Positions 43,817 through 53,972 of a DNA stretch of 64,000 nt are shown here, one piece after another. The notes below the pieces were generated by a model. The model searched no databases, had not been told where the DNA came from, and saw only the letters and a program-made list of their open reading frames with translations. The first letter of the stretch is position 1. The number at the start of each line of letters is the position of its first letter. The stretch spans positions 96,001 through 160,000 of the forward strand of contig JANOAV010000157.1 of NCBI GenBank assembly GCA_031411295.1, written 5' to 3'. Source of the DNA: Verrucomicrobiales bacterium. GTDB taxonomy: Bacteria; Verrucomicrobiota; Verrucomicrobiia; Verrucomicrobiales; V1-33. A program made the position numbers and the translations under genes.

Positions 43817-43861
43817 GATGTGAGAGAAAGTTGTTGGAGAAATCTGTTTTTAAATAGTGGT

Positions 43862-44314
43862 TTACGGCAACTTGCGGATCAGCCGTGCGGGGTTGCCTGC
43901 ATACACTCCTTTGATGAGCAGGTCTTTGGTCACCACGGAGCCAGCCCCAACGACACAACCGGCCACGATGGTTACTGGCAGGATGGTGGCATTTGAACCC
44001 ACCGAAACATCATCGCCAAGGTTCGTGGCGCGATATTGGGTGCGGTCACCTCGGGCCGGCCCACCCGTCTGGAAGAGATCGTTCGTAAACATCACCCCAT
44101 GGCCGATGAAGCAACGCTCGCCAATCGTCACCAAGTCACAGATGAACGCGTGCGATTGCACCCGGGTGTCATTTCCGATGACCGCACCGCGTTGAATTTC
44201 CACAAAGGGCCCCACGAAGACCCGATCCCCCAAGCTGCAGCCATAGAGGTTCGAAGGCTCGATTACTTTTACATCCAGTCCTAGCTTAACGTCATTTAAC
44301 ATAAATTGATTCAC
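43862..44314 (-). CDS. Hexapeptide-repeat sugar N-acyltransferase
   Basis: Left-handed beta-helix repeats, GHGVMFTND, GAGSVVTKD and AGNPAR. Confidence 0.9.
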   Translation of the reverse strand: MNQFMLNDVKLGLDVKVIEPSNLYGCSLGDRVFVGPFVEIQRGAVIGNDTRVQSHAFICDLVTIGERCFIGHGVMFTNDLFQTGGPARGDRTQYRATNLGDDVSVGSNATILPVTIVAGCVVGAGSVVTKDLLIKGVYAGNPARLIRKLP

Positions 44315-44323
44315 TTAAAAGAC

Positions 44324-45370
44324 CTAGACGCCTACACTGGCATCATAGAGCACGGTGCGTCCTTCCTGTAAGGAAACGTCACCTGCCTCCAACAGCGCAA
44401 CCACTTGCAGCGCATGGTCCCCACCTGAGAGCGGTGGTGCTCCCGTGCGGACACATTCAACAAAGTGCTTTGCTTCCGCCCGCAATGGTTCCTCGCCACT
44501 GATGTAAGGCATGTGCGTGTCGCCCGTTCGCATCTTGACATCGGGGCGCCCCGTCTGATCAAACGACATGTTGTCACCCAACCGTGGAATCATATCGAAC
44601 CCTTTGTCGTAAATGGTAATTTTGTGGTCCGCCATGTCATCATAAACCACCATTTTACGACTGCCCACCAGCGTCAACTTGCGAACCTTCCCCGGATCCA
44701 ACCAACTCACGTGGATGTGCCCCACGGCACCGGAACCCCATTTCATGGTGGCGAAAACCACGTCCTGCACCCCCGGCTGGATATAGTCCATTCCGGTAGC
44801 AGTAACCGAGCAGGCACCTCCCCCTAGCAAATAAGCCAGGATGCTCACGTCATGCGGTGCGAGGTTCCACCAAGCGTTCACATCGGAACGTAACTGACCA
44901 AGATTGAGTCGTTGGGAGTAAACGTAAAATAGTTCACCCAATTCTTTGGAATCCACCATTTCCTTTAACCGACGCACCGCGGGGTTGTAGAGAAAGGTGT
45001 GGCCGGCCATAACCGTCAAGCCTTTCTCCCGGCCCAAGTCCAGAATTTCCTTTGCTTCCTTGTAGTTAGTGGCCAGCGGCTTCTCGACAAAGACATGTTT
45101 CCCCGCATTCAGCGCGGCCATCGCTAATGCATAGTGCGTAAAAGCAGGCGTGGCGAGCACCACTGCCTCCACTGTAGCATCTGCGAACACCTCTTCAGCT
45201 GTCGCCACCGTCCGCACCCCAGGGAAGCCCTTTTCAACAAATTTACGTCGTGCCTCAGAGGCCTCGGCTACCACGACGACCTCAGCCTCCGGTAGTTGGT
45301 GGAAATTCCGCAGCAGGTTCGGCCCCCAGTATCCGCAGCCCAATTGAGCAATTCGTAATTTATTCATCAT
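44324..45370 (-). CDS. Gfo/Idh/MocA oxidoreductase (nucleotide-sugar dehydrogenase)
   Basis: GCGYWG, HVFVEKP and LAPHD. Confidence 0.9.
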   Translation of the reverse strand: MMNKLRIAQLGCGYWGPNLLRNFHQLPEAEVVVVAEASEARRKFVEKGFPGVRTVATAEEVFADATVEAVVLATPAFTHYALAMAALNAGKHVFVEKPLATNYKEAKEILDLGREKGLTVMAGHTFLYNPAVRRLKEMVDSKELGELFYVYSQRLNLGQLRSDVNAWWNLAPHDVSILAYLLGGGACSVTATGMDYIQPGVQDVVFATMKWGSGAVGHIHVSWLDPGKVRKLTLVGSRKMVVYDDMADHKITIYDKGFDMIPRLGDNMSFDQTGRPDVKMRTGDTHMPYISGEEPLRAEAKHFVECVRTGAPPLSGGDHALQVVALLEAGDVSLQEGRTVLYDASVGV

Positions 45371-45412
45371 ATTATGTTCTAAATTTAGCCTATCTAACAT
45401 CCCGCCCAGTCC

Positions 45413-46855
45413 TTAGGAAGCGCGCCGCAAGAAGGGCAGCTTGCGGGAAATCCCGCTTAATTCCCCGCGATCAATCAGCCCCAAGGCAACCACTGCCAGA
45501 ATCAAAACTAAGATCGGAGCTTTCCAGAGCAAATCCCTCACACCGGGCTCGCCCTGCCAATGATTCCCCAGTCCCGCCAACAAAATCACGGCCCCAATGG
45601 TGAGGATGATCTTAGTCCAGGCAAAAGGGATGGCATAGCATTTCTGGCTGACTGCGAAATTTGCCAGCGCAATCACCATCGCAGTCAGCAAATTCGCCCA
45701 TGCAGCCCCCATGATCCCAAACCGGGGTATCAACCAGAGGCAGAGGACTACGTTCAGCCCGCCCCCAACCAAGTTGATTACGGAGAGCAAGCCCGTGCGT
45801 TTCGCAATCCAAGCACCTGGAGCAAACGCATATGATTGCTGCAGGACTACGGCTAGCGAGAGCACACACAGTGGACCGGTGGCGGCAAGGTAGTCTGGCT
45901 TCGAAAGCAACAGGATGACCTCTCTGGCCCCCAGCCACAATCCAGCCAAACCGATCAACGAGAGGGCCGTGAAATATCGGAAAATGTCAGCAATCCGATG
46001 AGGCGTCTCCGGCTTTTTGTAGTTCGCGTAAATCAATGGCGTCAAAGAATTGCCAAAACCCAGCATCACGAATCCCGCTAACATGGCAACGCGCATCGCC
46101 ACACTAAAAATCCCCAAGTCATCGTTGCTCAGCATTTGCTGCACCGCCACCCGATTGACGTAGAGCATGGCCACTGCCCCCAGACTGCTGGGAACCAAGG
46201 GCAGTGAGAATGCCAGCATGCCCTTGCACAATCCCCAGTCGAAACTGACTTTGAACGCGCCCCGCAGCCTGCTCAATGAATAAATGACTGATCCTGCGCA
46301 CCCAATGATGGTAGCCACGGGCACCCCGACCACTCCCCAGCCCAAACCCCACACGAACACGATCGTAAAGACCGCGAAGAGGCCAGTATTGATCAATCCG
46401 GCCACGCCAAAATGCAGCGATAACAACGACCACCTCAATTGATTCGTCACGATGGTCATTACCGCCATGCTGGCCGCCGCGAGCAACGCCCAGCGCATCA
46501 ACCCACCATAACCGGACACATCCAAAACCAAGGCCCCCAGTTGATCTGCGAAGAGCATCCCCGGAATGAGGGCGAGGCCGAAGGAAACCACCGTGAACCA
46601 CAAAACGGTCGAAGCTGCCTGGCTGCGTTCGGCCACATTTTCCGCCTCACCAGCAAATCTGGCCTGCGCATTGGTCAGCTCCAATCCCAGCAAAATTCCG
46701 ATCAACATATAAAAAGCCAACAACAGATCCAGCCACCCCACTTCAGCCTTGGTCAACAGCTTGGTATAGAAGGGCAGCAGCAGAATCATGATCCCCTTCG
46801 AGCACATTTGCGCCAGGGCATAGATGGCCGAATCCTTAAAGAAGCGTGATATCAT
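45413..46855 (-). CDS. wzx: Oligosaccharide flippase
   Basis: 12-14 TM segments; LLLPFYTKLL, FSLPLVP and LIPRFGIMGAAWA. Confidence 0.88.
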   Translation of the reverse strand: MISRFFKDSAIYALAQMCSKGIMILLLPFYTKLLTKAEVGWLDLLLAFYMLIGILLGLELTNAQARFAGEAENVAERSQAASTVLWFTVVSFGLALIPGMLFADQLGALVLDVSGYGGLMRWALLAAASMAVMTIVTNQLRWSLLSLHFGVAGLINTGLFAVFTIVFVWGLGWGVVGVPVATIIGCAGSVIYSLSRLRGAFKVSFDWGLCKGMLAFSLPLVPSSLGAVAMLYVNRVAVQQMLSNDDLGIFSVAMRVAMLAGFVMLGFGNSLTPLIYANYKKPETPHRIADIFRYFTALSLIGLAGLWLGAREVILLLSKPDYLAATGPLCVLSLAVVLQQSYAFAPGAWIAKRTGLLSVINLVGGGLNVVLCLWLIPRFGIMGAAWANLLTAMVIALANFAVSQKCYAIPFAWTKIILTIGAVILLAGLGNHWQGEPGVRDLLWKAPILVLILAVVALGLIDRGELSGISRKLPFLRRAS

Positions 46856-48161
46856 CGGGCTTGGCTGGATGTTGTGCCAAGGCTTTGCGAGCCGCTGGCA
46901 CGAGGAAATCCTCCCCCTTCTCCTGGGCGATTTTACGCAGACCTTCCAAGATCAGCGCAGGACTGGCTCCCACACCCCATGGGTAAGCGATTGAAGTCGG
47001 GTCGAACATGGCTTCGTTAGGGGCTACTCCTTGCAGCACGGTAGCATATCTTGCGGCCACCAACTCCGCTGACCACTTGCGATCGATGAACGCCCGGTGA
47101 GCATCGGCCAGCGCTTGGAGTTCATTCCTCGGCATCGTCAATAGTGCCTTCATGCGATCAAACAACGTTTCCTGGGTGACTTGCACGGAAGGGAACTCCC
47201 CTCCAGACGGAACCACCTGATTCAAAAACCCCCACCCGTAACCGCCCACGACAACCACCCGTCCCTGAGCCGCAGCCTCACAGCCCAAGCCCGCCAAACC
47301 AATATCTGAAAACAACTCATCAATCACGATGTGGCAGTTCCTAATTGCTTCCAATACGGCTGCGTTGGACATCCCGCTGATTTCTTGATACTCAAAATCA
47401 CAACCGGCAGTGGACAATTCCGCAACCACCGTCCGCACTATTTCAGTGCCCTTCCCAAAACTCGTTGAAGGCGCGTGGAGGACCTTCAGTTTCCCCATGG
47501 GTAAAGGCAACGGATCTTGCACGGAGGCAGTTGGCAGCCCAACCCACAACCAACTAACGCAATTCCTCTCCTGCAAATGAGCCGAGAGCGGATGATCCAC
47601 GATGTAATTCACGCGCTTGGAAACCCTTCGCAACTGAGTAAGTTGATCACTATTTCGTTTCAGGATTGCAGCCATCGGAAAATTCCCCTGAGCTAGCACC
47701 TCCATCCGATGTAACCAGCCACCATTCAAGTAGCATGGTCGGGAATCCGAACCGCAATAAATCATCAAGGTCTTCTTCCCTACCATACGTAGGAGCAACA
47801 GGTCCAGATTCCATGGGAGGAAGGAATGACCAAACAGAAAAATGAAATAATTATACCTTAACAGTCCGACGGATAATCCAACTATTCCCGCCAGGGAGCG
47901 CGCCGTGGCATGAACTGCTTTACCTAAAAAGTTCGACGTTAGCCCCCTTGTCCAGCTGGTTAAACGGTTCAACCAAGCAAAAGCGCGGGTATTGTAATTC
48001 GCACTGCGGTCAGAATAGCCGAATGGATGACCATCCACGTCCAAGACTCCAACGCGCCAACCCAGTGCCGCGAATCCCTCCCCCAATCCAGACGCAACTC
48101 CCGCAATCTCACGAGGCCCGATCATGACTCGACCTCCGTGTGATGATGGCTCAACTGGCAC
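46836..48161 (-). CDS. Putative GT-B glycosyltransferase
   Basis: GSDSR, VLHAPS..KGT and IVIDE..G.LGCEAAAQG; located between wbuX and wzx. Confidence 0.65.
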   Translation of the reverse strand: MPVEPSSHGGRVMIGPREIAGVASGLGEGFAALGWRVGVLDVDGHPFGYSDRSANYNTRAFAWLNRLTSWTRGLTSNFLGKAVHATARSLAGIVGLSVGLLRYNYFIFLFGHSFLPWNLDLLLLRMVGKKTLMIYCGSDSRPCYLNGGWLHRMEVLAQGNFPMAAILKRNSDQLTQLRRVSKRVNYIVDHPLSAHLQERNCVSWLWVGLPTASVQDPLPLPMGKLKVLHAPSTSFGKGTEIVRTVVAELSTAGCDFEYQEISGMSNAAVLEAIRNCHIVIDELFSDIGLAGLGCEAAAQGRVVVVGGYGWGFLNQVVPSGGEFPSVQVTQETLFDRMKALLTMPRNELQALADAHRAFIDRKWSAELVAARYATVLQGVAPNEAMFDPTSIAYPWGVGASPALILEGLRKIAQEKGEDFLVPAARKALAQHPAKPDDITLL

Positions 48162-48166
48162 AGCGC

Positions 48167-49351
48167 TTACTTGGGCTCGTGACCACGAAAGGGCACATCG
48201 TTATGAGGATAACAGAATTTCATAAAGAAACTCTTTGGGACGCGATTCGCCTTGTAGAGCAAGTAAAACAATGGCCGGAGCAACTCGAACGTCCCCTTGT
48301 AGTTGGGGTAATCACGATAGGTCTTTTTCGGCAAGTTCATTAGCGCATCGAACTCCGCTTCGGAATACCCCAGCCTGCGACGCACAAATTCGACAAGCTC
48401 CAGATCAATCTCCTGTGGAGCCCGCAGGCTTTCCCGGGCCGCTTCCTTATCCAATTGATCACAACGAATCAGCGCGCAGTGCCCCAGCAATCGACCATCA
48501 ATCCCCCAGCGCTTGGGCCAGAAGTAAGAGTGGAAAAATGCGGTGAATCGATTTTCCAAATGATGCCCTCCATACCACTGCCAGCCGTAGTCTCGCTGAA
48601 GCATCTCCTTGGTCTTTTCCTTGTCGTAGTCCAGGAAATAAAGCGGCCGGATTTTGATCAAACGTTGCATGACCGTCCACTTGAGAAATTGCGTCAGCGG
48701 CATATTCGGATAAGTCTTCATGGGGATCTTGCCGAACTGTTTGTGGACCGAGGAAATATACTTCCCGTCCATGTAAAGCCAACCTAGCGGGGAAATCCCT
48801 TCTGTTCTAAATGAATGCCCCTCGAAGATGTGGCGTATTCCATGCTTCTCGCACGCTCGATTCAGCACCACCGCCAACGCCAAGTCCGTCGGAGCTTCCA
48901 AATCCGGGGTGCCCGCCTGCAGGAAGGCCCGATAAATATCATCATATTCCTCGTTATCTACCACGTAAGTCTCGAGATCAATATCCAACTCCCGCAGCAC
49001 GCATTGAATGTTTTCGACCGCAATGGTCGAGTTCCAAGTATTATCAAAGTGCACCGCCAGCGGACGCAATCCTAATTCCTTCGCCAGCACAATCATATAC
49101 GAGCTATCGCAACCGCCGCTGACGCCCACTGCAACATCATATTTCTTTCCTTTACCTTCCTCACGAATCGCAGCGGCAATTTCTTCCAATCTGCGTCGGC
49201 CCTCGGCCCCAGTGGGATACTCAGGCTCCATGGCCTCAATCGTCTGGCAGTAATTGCAGAGGCCTTGGGCATCAAAACTGATGCCAGTGACATTGTCGGT
49301 GCTGTATAAGCATCGACTGCATTCTTGGGATTCTGGAAGCGGGTTACTCAT
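48167..49351 (-). CDS. wbuX: N-acetyl sugar amidotransferase (WbuX/WbpG family)
   Basis: CSRC..CNYC, PP-loop VSGGCDSS, LRPLAVHFDNTW and GGHHLEN; adjacent to HisF/HisH paralogs. Confidence 0.88.
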   Translation of the reverse strand: MSNPLPESQECSRCLYSTDNVTGISFDAQGLCNYCQTIEAMEPEYPTGAEGRRRLEEIAAAIREEGKGKKYDVAVGVSGGCDSSYMIVLAKELGLRPLAVHFDNTWNSTIAVENIQCVLRELDIDLETYVVDNEEYDDIYRAFLQAGTPDLEAPTDLALAVVLNRACEKHGIRHIFEGHSFRTEGISPLGWLYMDGKYISSVHKQFGKIPMKTYPNMPLTQFLKWTVMQRLIKIRPLYFLDYDKEKTKEMLQRDYGWQWYGGHHLENRFTAFFHSYFWPKRWGIDGRLLGHCALIRCDQLDKEAARESLRAPQEIDLELVEFVRRRLGYSEAEFDALMNLPKKTYRDYPNYKGTFELLRPLFYLLYKANRVPKSFFMKFCYPHNDVPFRGHEPK

Positions 49352-50123
49352 GATTGGAAATGGATTCGAAAAGTCGGTTAAGCTCCCGGGGGGAGGGGAA
49401 ATTTATGAGCACAGCGCGATTGCGTCCAAAATAGACCACCATGCTGCCAGCCGCCACAGCGCTGGCCCGCCCTTCCGTGATGGCCTGGCCAAAATGGCTG
49501 ACTTTGCCAGCCCCACCGCAAGCAATCAATGGGATGTCCACGGCCGAGGTGACGGATCTGATCAGCTCAAGATCATACCCTTCCATCGTTCCGTCCTGAT
49601 CAATTGAGGTCAGGAGAATCTCCCCTGCACCGAGTTCAGCCGCACGCCGGGCCCAAGTCACCGGATCCATGCTCGTTGCCCGCGTGCCCCCATGGGTGTA
49701 GACTTCATACGTGCCGGAGGCAGTCCTTTTGGCATCAATCGAGATCACCACAGCTTGGCTCCCGAACTCATTGGCTGCGGCAGATAGAAACTCCGGGCAC
49801 GCAACGGCATGGCTGTTCACCGCAACTTTTTCAATGCCTCTGCGAAAAATTTCCCGCATGGTTTGCAGGTCGGAGATGCCACCGCCATAGGCCACTGGCA
49901 TGAAGCATTCCGAAGCCAATCGTCCGATCACGTCCAGATCAGGAACCTTGGAACTTGTCGTGGCTGTAATGTCCAGGAAAATCAGCTCATCCACTTCCTT
50001 TTCGTTATAGATTCTAATCGCGTTGGAGGGATCGCCCACGTAATCAGGATTCTTGAACTTAATCGTTTTGACTAACGCGGCATTTTTCAGCAGCAGACAA
50101 GGCATGACACGATTTTTTAGCAT
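49344..50123 (-). CDS. hisF2: HisF paralog (HisF2/WbuZ) for glycan amidination
   Basis: YVGDP.NA, VDELIFLDI, AYGGGI, GAGEILLTSIDQDGT and IACGGAG; polysaccharide context. Confidence 0.9.
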   Translation of the reverse strand: MLKNRVMPCLLLKNAALVKTIKFKNPDYVGDPSNAIRIYNEKEVDELIFLDITATTSSKVPDLDVIGRLASECFMPVAYGGGISDLQTMREIFRRGIEKVAVNSHAVACPEFLSAAANEFGSQAVVISIDAKRTASGTYEVYTHGGTRATSMDPVTWARRAAELGAGEILLTSIDQDGTMEGYDLELIRSVTSAVDIPLIACGGAGKVSHFGQAITEGRASAVAAGSMVVYFGRNRAVLINFPSPRELNRLFESISNHE

Positions 50124-50142
50124 GAACTAGGGCTTTAAGATT

Positions 50143-50757
50143 TTAGACCTTGGAGAAATTCTCCAAAATCTTCATGCCGAACTTATGACTCTTCTCGGGA
50201 TGAAACTGCACCCCGTAAACATTACCTGATTCCACTGCCGCTGTGGCCAGCATCCCATAGTTCACCGAGGCCGCCACGTGCGCTGGATCCTGACAAACTA
50301 CGTGGTAGGAATGAACAAAATAGTAACGCGGATCCATCCCGCAATCCTTGAATAACTTCGCTTCCGGGTTCGGAATCGCGATATTCCACCCCATGTGGGG
50401 GATCTTAAGTTTGGCCGGATTGTCACCAAACTGAAATTTCATGGTGCGTCCGGGGATCCAACCGAGTCCGGGGCCTACGCCCTCTTCACTTCGTTCTGAA
50501 AGCATCTGCATCCCTAGGCAAATCCCCAACACCGGAACTTTTTCCTCCTGCACTCTGGCCGTAAGTCTAGGCAGCAATCCACTTTCGTTTAGACTGCCCA
50601 TTCCTGCATCGAAGGAACCTACGCCTGGCAGAATTAGCTTCGTGGCCAAATCCATTTCGGCGGGACTGTTGACAATACAGGCCGGCACCGCCAAACGCTT
50701 CAGCATGTTCAAGATCGACGCCAGATTGCCCACGCCGTAGTTTACGATGCCGATCAT
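50143..50757 (-). CDS. hisH2: HisH paralog (HisH2/WbuY) glutamine amidotransferase
   Basis: YGVGNL, LPGVG, GICLGMQ, PHMGWN, YFVHSY and QFHPEKS. Confidence 0.92.
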   Translation of the reverse strand: MIGIVNYGVGNLASILNMLKRLAVPACIVNSPAEMDLATKLILPGVGSFDAGMGSLNESGLLPRLTARVQEEKVPVLGICLGMQMLSERSEEGVGPGLGWIPGRTMKFQFGDNPAKLKIPHMGWNIAIPNPEAKLFKDCGMDPRYYFVHSYHVVCQDPAHVAASVNYGMLATAAVESGNVYGVQFHPEKSHKFGMKILENFSKV

Positions 50758-51305
50758 GATTTGATAATGTCAGTCGATGTCCCCGTGCGATAGCGCAAGA
50801 CTTTGGCAGGAACACCAGCCATGACGGCATACGGGGGCACATCCTTCGTCACCACCGCGCCCGAACCAATTTGGGCTCCGCGGCCAATGCGCACGCCTGG
50901 CAGGATGGTAGTATTGATCCCAATATCGCAATCTTCCTCAATGATAACAGGGGCAAAAACAATTCCACTAAAGAGAATGGGGATGTCGGTCCCATCCTCC
51001 CCATGCCGGGAAGAAATGATTTTGACCCCCGGGCCAATGCCGACGTTTTTGGCAATATATATCCCGCCCGCACTATGGAAGAAACATTGCTGACCGATCC
51101 AGGTATTGTCCCCGATCTCCATCCGATTCTTGTAATAACCTTTCAAAATTGTCTGATGGCCGATGTAAATATTGTTTCCCAGGTAAATGTTCTCCGGATG
51201 AAATACTTGCACCCCGGCCTCGAAGACCACGTGTTCGCCACTGGATGCAAAATCAGACTTCTGGAAGGCTCCGGTCCCGTGGGATTGGTATAGTCGTGGT
51301 TCCAT
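50754..51305 (-). CDS. Hexapeptide-repeat acyltransferase
   Basis: IGxN repeats, ILPGVRIG, GAVVTKDV and AGVPAK. Confidence 0.9.
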   Translation of the reverse strand: MEPRLYQSHGTGAFQKSDFASSGEHVVFEAGVQVFHPENIYLGNNIYIGHQTILKGYYKNRMEIGDNTWIGQQCFFHSAGGIYIAKNVGIGPGVKIISSRHGEDGTDIPILFSGIVFAPVIIEEDCDIGINTTILPGVRIGRGAQIGSGAVVTKDVPPYAVMAGVPAKVLRYRTGTSTDIIKS

Positions 51306-51307
51306 AA

Positions 51308-52408
51308 TTAAGCGAGTGCGCTTTCGAGCGACCGGGCGACAAGCTCCAGATCGGCTGGGGTCATTTGCGGATACAACGGCAGGGTCAGCGCTTGATTCTG
51401 CAAGCGATTGGAAACCGGCAGGTCTCCAGGCTTGGTGCCGTAACGTTTCGCAAAGGATGGCTGGGCATGCATAGCGTAAGTGCCCAAGGTTGTTTCCACT
51501 CCAGCTGCGCGCATTTTGGCGATAACCTGATCTCGATTATATTGATCCTCCAACACGATCACAAAGGATTGATAGGTATGAAAATGATCCGCTGGCTCCA
51601 CGGGCTCCACAAATCCTTTCAACCCAGCCAGCAGGGCTCGCAACTGCGCAGCCCGCTCCCGTTTCCCGTCAATCAACCATTGCAGGCGCCTTAGTTGAGC
51701 AACGCCCAAGGCCGCCAGCACATCACTGAGGCGATAGTTGAAACCGGCCTCGATAAATTCCAAGTAGAACTCTTTGCGGATACCACCGTGGCTGCGCAGA
51801 CAAATGATTTTCTGTGCCAGCTCCGAATCTTCCGTCATGATCATGCCGCCTTCCCCCGTGGTGATGGATTTCCGCGGGTGAAAACTGTAGCACCCCACAT
51901 CCCCTATCGCTCCACAGAACCGCCCCTTGTATTTTGAGCCCAAGGCGCAGGCGGCATCCTCGATGACTTTTAAATTGTGAGCATTGGCCAGGGCGAGAAT
52001 GGGATCCATGTCCGCAGACAAACCGAACGGATGCACGACCATAATGGCCTTGGATTTTGGCGTAATCTTCCGCGCCAGGTCGGCTGGATCCATAGCGTAA
52101 GTATCGGGTAGCACGTCAACACAAACCGGAATGGCCCCGCGTTGAATGATCACGTTACCACTCGCAGGGTAGGTGAAGTCTGAGACCAATATCTCGTCGC
52201 CATGGCCAATCCCCATCGCCACCAGACTCAAGTGCAAGGCGGTCGTGGCGGAGGACATCGCGAAAGCGTGCTTCGAACCAACGATGGCGCGAACCGCATT
52301 TTCAAACTCCAGAACCTTGGGTCCCTGAGTCAGGTAGCCGGATTCCAAGACCTGCCGAATCTCTGCAATTTCTTCCTCCCCGGAAAAGGGCACATTTAAT
52401 CGCAACAT
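51308..52408 (-). CDS. DegT-family sugar aminotransferase
   Basis: LTQGP, EDAACALG, SFHPRKSITTGEGG and GFNYRLSD. Confidence 0.95.
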   Translation of the reverse strand: MLRLNVPFSGEEEIAEIRQVLESGYLTQGPKVLEFENAVRAIVGSKHAFAMSSATTALHLSLVAMGIGHGDEILVSDFTYPASGNVIIQRGAIPVCVDVLPDTYAMDPADLARKITPKSKAIMVVHPFGLSADMDPILALANAHNLKVIEDAACALGSKYKGRFCGAIGDVGCYSFHPRKSITTGEGGMIMTEDSELAQKIICLRSHGGIRKEFYLEFIEAGFNYRLSDVLAALGVAQLRRLQWLIDGKRERAAQLRALLAGLKGFVEPVEPADHFHTYQSFVIVLEDQYNRDQVIAKMRAAGVETTLGTYAMHAQPSFAKRYGTKPGDLPVSNRLQNQALTLPLYPQMTPADLELVARSLESALA

Positions 52409-52413
52409 AAGTT

Positions 52414-53391
52414 TTAGTTCGTAGATTTTTCAACATACCACTGAACCGTTTGCTTCATCCCGTCAGTCAAAGAAACTTTTGGATGATAATTCAGGATTCG
52501 CTCTGATTTCACGGTCCCGGCCATATGCCTTCTCACATCTCCCAACCGGTTGGGTCCATGCAGCACCGGGTGATTGGGTTTGCCGAGAATATCGAGGATA
52601 CAGGCGATGAGATCGTTCACCGTCAACTCTTTGCCGCTGCCGATATTGAGAACCTGCCCACGTGCGGCCTCTTCTTCGTAGATGCGGACCGCAGCCTCTG
52701 CCGTATCCGTTACGTAAATGTAGTCTCTAGTCTGGAGGCCGTCTCCATTGACCGTCAGTGGCTCTCCAGCCAGCACCTTGTTAACTACGATGGGGATGAT
52801 ACCTGCGAATGACTTATCGTTCTGCCTGGGGCCATAATTGTTGAACGGGCGCAGGCAGGTGATATCCGATCCGAAGGTATGAGCATAGGACAGGGCGACT
52901 TGGTCCCCGGCCAATTTACTGGCCGCGTAGGGCGTGCTGGGCATGTAAGGATGCTGCTCTGTGATGGGAACCTCAATGGCAGTGCCGTAAACTTCGGAGC
53001 TGGAAAAGTGGACCATGCTCTGGAAACATCCCTGCCGCTGCAGCTCGCAGAGGGCAGTAGTGAGCTTGGTATTTTCCATCACACACCAAACAGGATCTTC
53101 CAGCGAGGCCGGAAGCGGAATCACCGCCATGTCATAGACTACTTCCACCTTGTGCCGGGCCAGGATTTCCTGCATGGCTTTTTGATCTCCGGCATCCTGA
53201 TTGTAGAAATGGAGGCGATCACCCAGGAGTTGCTTTCCATGGTCCAGGTTCTTCTCCTGCCCCAGATATAGATTATCCACCACCACGACTGACGTCGGAT
53301 TCTCGGCCGCCAGACGATCCACCAAATGACTGCCAATGAATCCGGCTCCACCGGTCACCAGAATAGATTTTCCTTTTAAACTGCGTTTCAT
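52414..53391 (-). CDS. NAD-dependent epimerase/dehydratase
   Basis: TGGAGFIG, SSSEVYG, YAASK, RPFNNYGP and QTRDY. Confidence 0.93.
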   Translation of the reverse strand: MKRSLKGKSILVTGGAGFIGSHLVDRLAAENPTSVVVVDNLYLGQEKNLDHGKQLLGDRLHFYNQDAGDQKAMQEILARHKVEVVYDMAVIPLPASLEDPVWCVMENTKLTTALCELQRQGCFQSMVHFSSSEVYGTAIEVPITEQHPYMPSTPYAASKLAGDQVALSYAHTFGSDITCLRPFNNYGPRQNDKSFAGIIPIVVNKVLAGEPLTVNGDGLQTRDYIYVTDTAEAAVRIYEEEAARGQVLNIGSGKELTVNDLIACILDILGKPNHPVLHGPNRLGDVRRHMAGTVKSERILNYHPKVSLTDGMKQTVQWYVEKSTN

Positions 53392-53408
53392 AGTTATGCT
53401 TTGTCAGA

Positions 53409-53969
53409 TTATTCCACGGCGGGGATTTTAAAATCGCATTCCGTGCAGGCTCCGGCCTTATCCAGGGTCGCTCCACACGGGCACACGAAGCAGTGCAACT
53501 TGGCTGGATTACCGAGCATGAGACCGTAATCCGGCACATCTTTCGTGACCACGCTACCGGCTCCAATCATGGCCCACTTACCAATGGTGACTCCGCAGCG
53601 GATGGTGCAATTCGCTCCGATGGCAGCTCCCTTGCCGACGCGGGTAGGAGTGATTTTCCAGTCCAGCGCGTCCTTGCGAGAACCGTCAGGATTGACCGCC
53701 CGCGGACGCAGATCATTGGTAAAACAAACATGGGGACCAACGAACACCCAGTCTTCGATGATCACCCCATGATAAATGGAGGCGTTGTTCTGGAGTTTAC
53801 ACCGATCTCCAATCCGAACATCGGTGTCAACATAGACCCCTTTACTAACAATGCAATCTTTGCCCAGGCTGGCTCCTTCACGGATCTGAGCGTAATTCCA
53901 AACGTAAGTGTCATCGCCAAGCGTAGCTTGGTCGGAGACTTGGGCAGTGGGATGGATAAACGGGGCCAT
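53409..53969 (-). CDS. WbpD/WlbB-like N-acetyltransferase
   Basis: FIHPTA, CKLQNNASIY, FVGP..FTND..PR and GNPAK..VCPCG. Confidence 0.88.
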   Translation of the reverse strand: MAPFIHPTAQVSDQATLGDDTYVWNYAQIREGASLGKDCIVSKGVYVDTDVRIGDRCKLQNNASIYHGVIIEDWVFVGPHVCFTNDLRPRAVNPDGSRKDALDWKITPTRVGKGAAIGANCTIRCGVTIGKWAMIGAGSVVTKDVPDYGLMLGNPAKLHCFVCPCGATLDKAGACTECDFKIPAVE

Positions 53970-53972
53970 AAA

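Noticed and set aside
49344..50757. Histidine biosynthesis operon
   Set aside because: No other his genes are present; adjacency to a WbuX-family gene marks these as glycan-modification paralogs.
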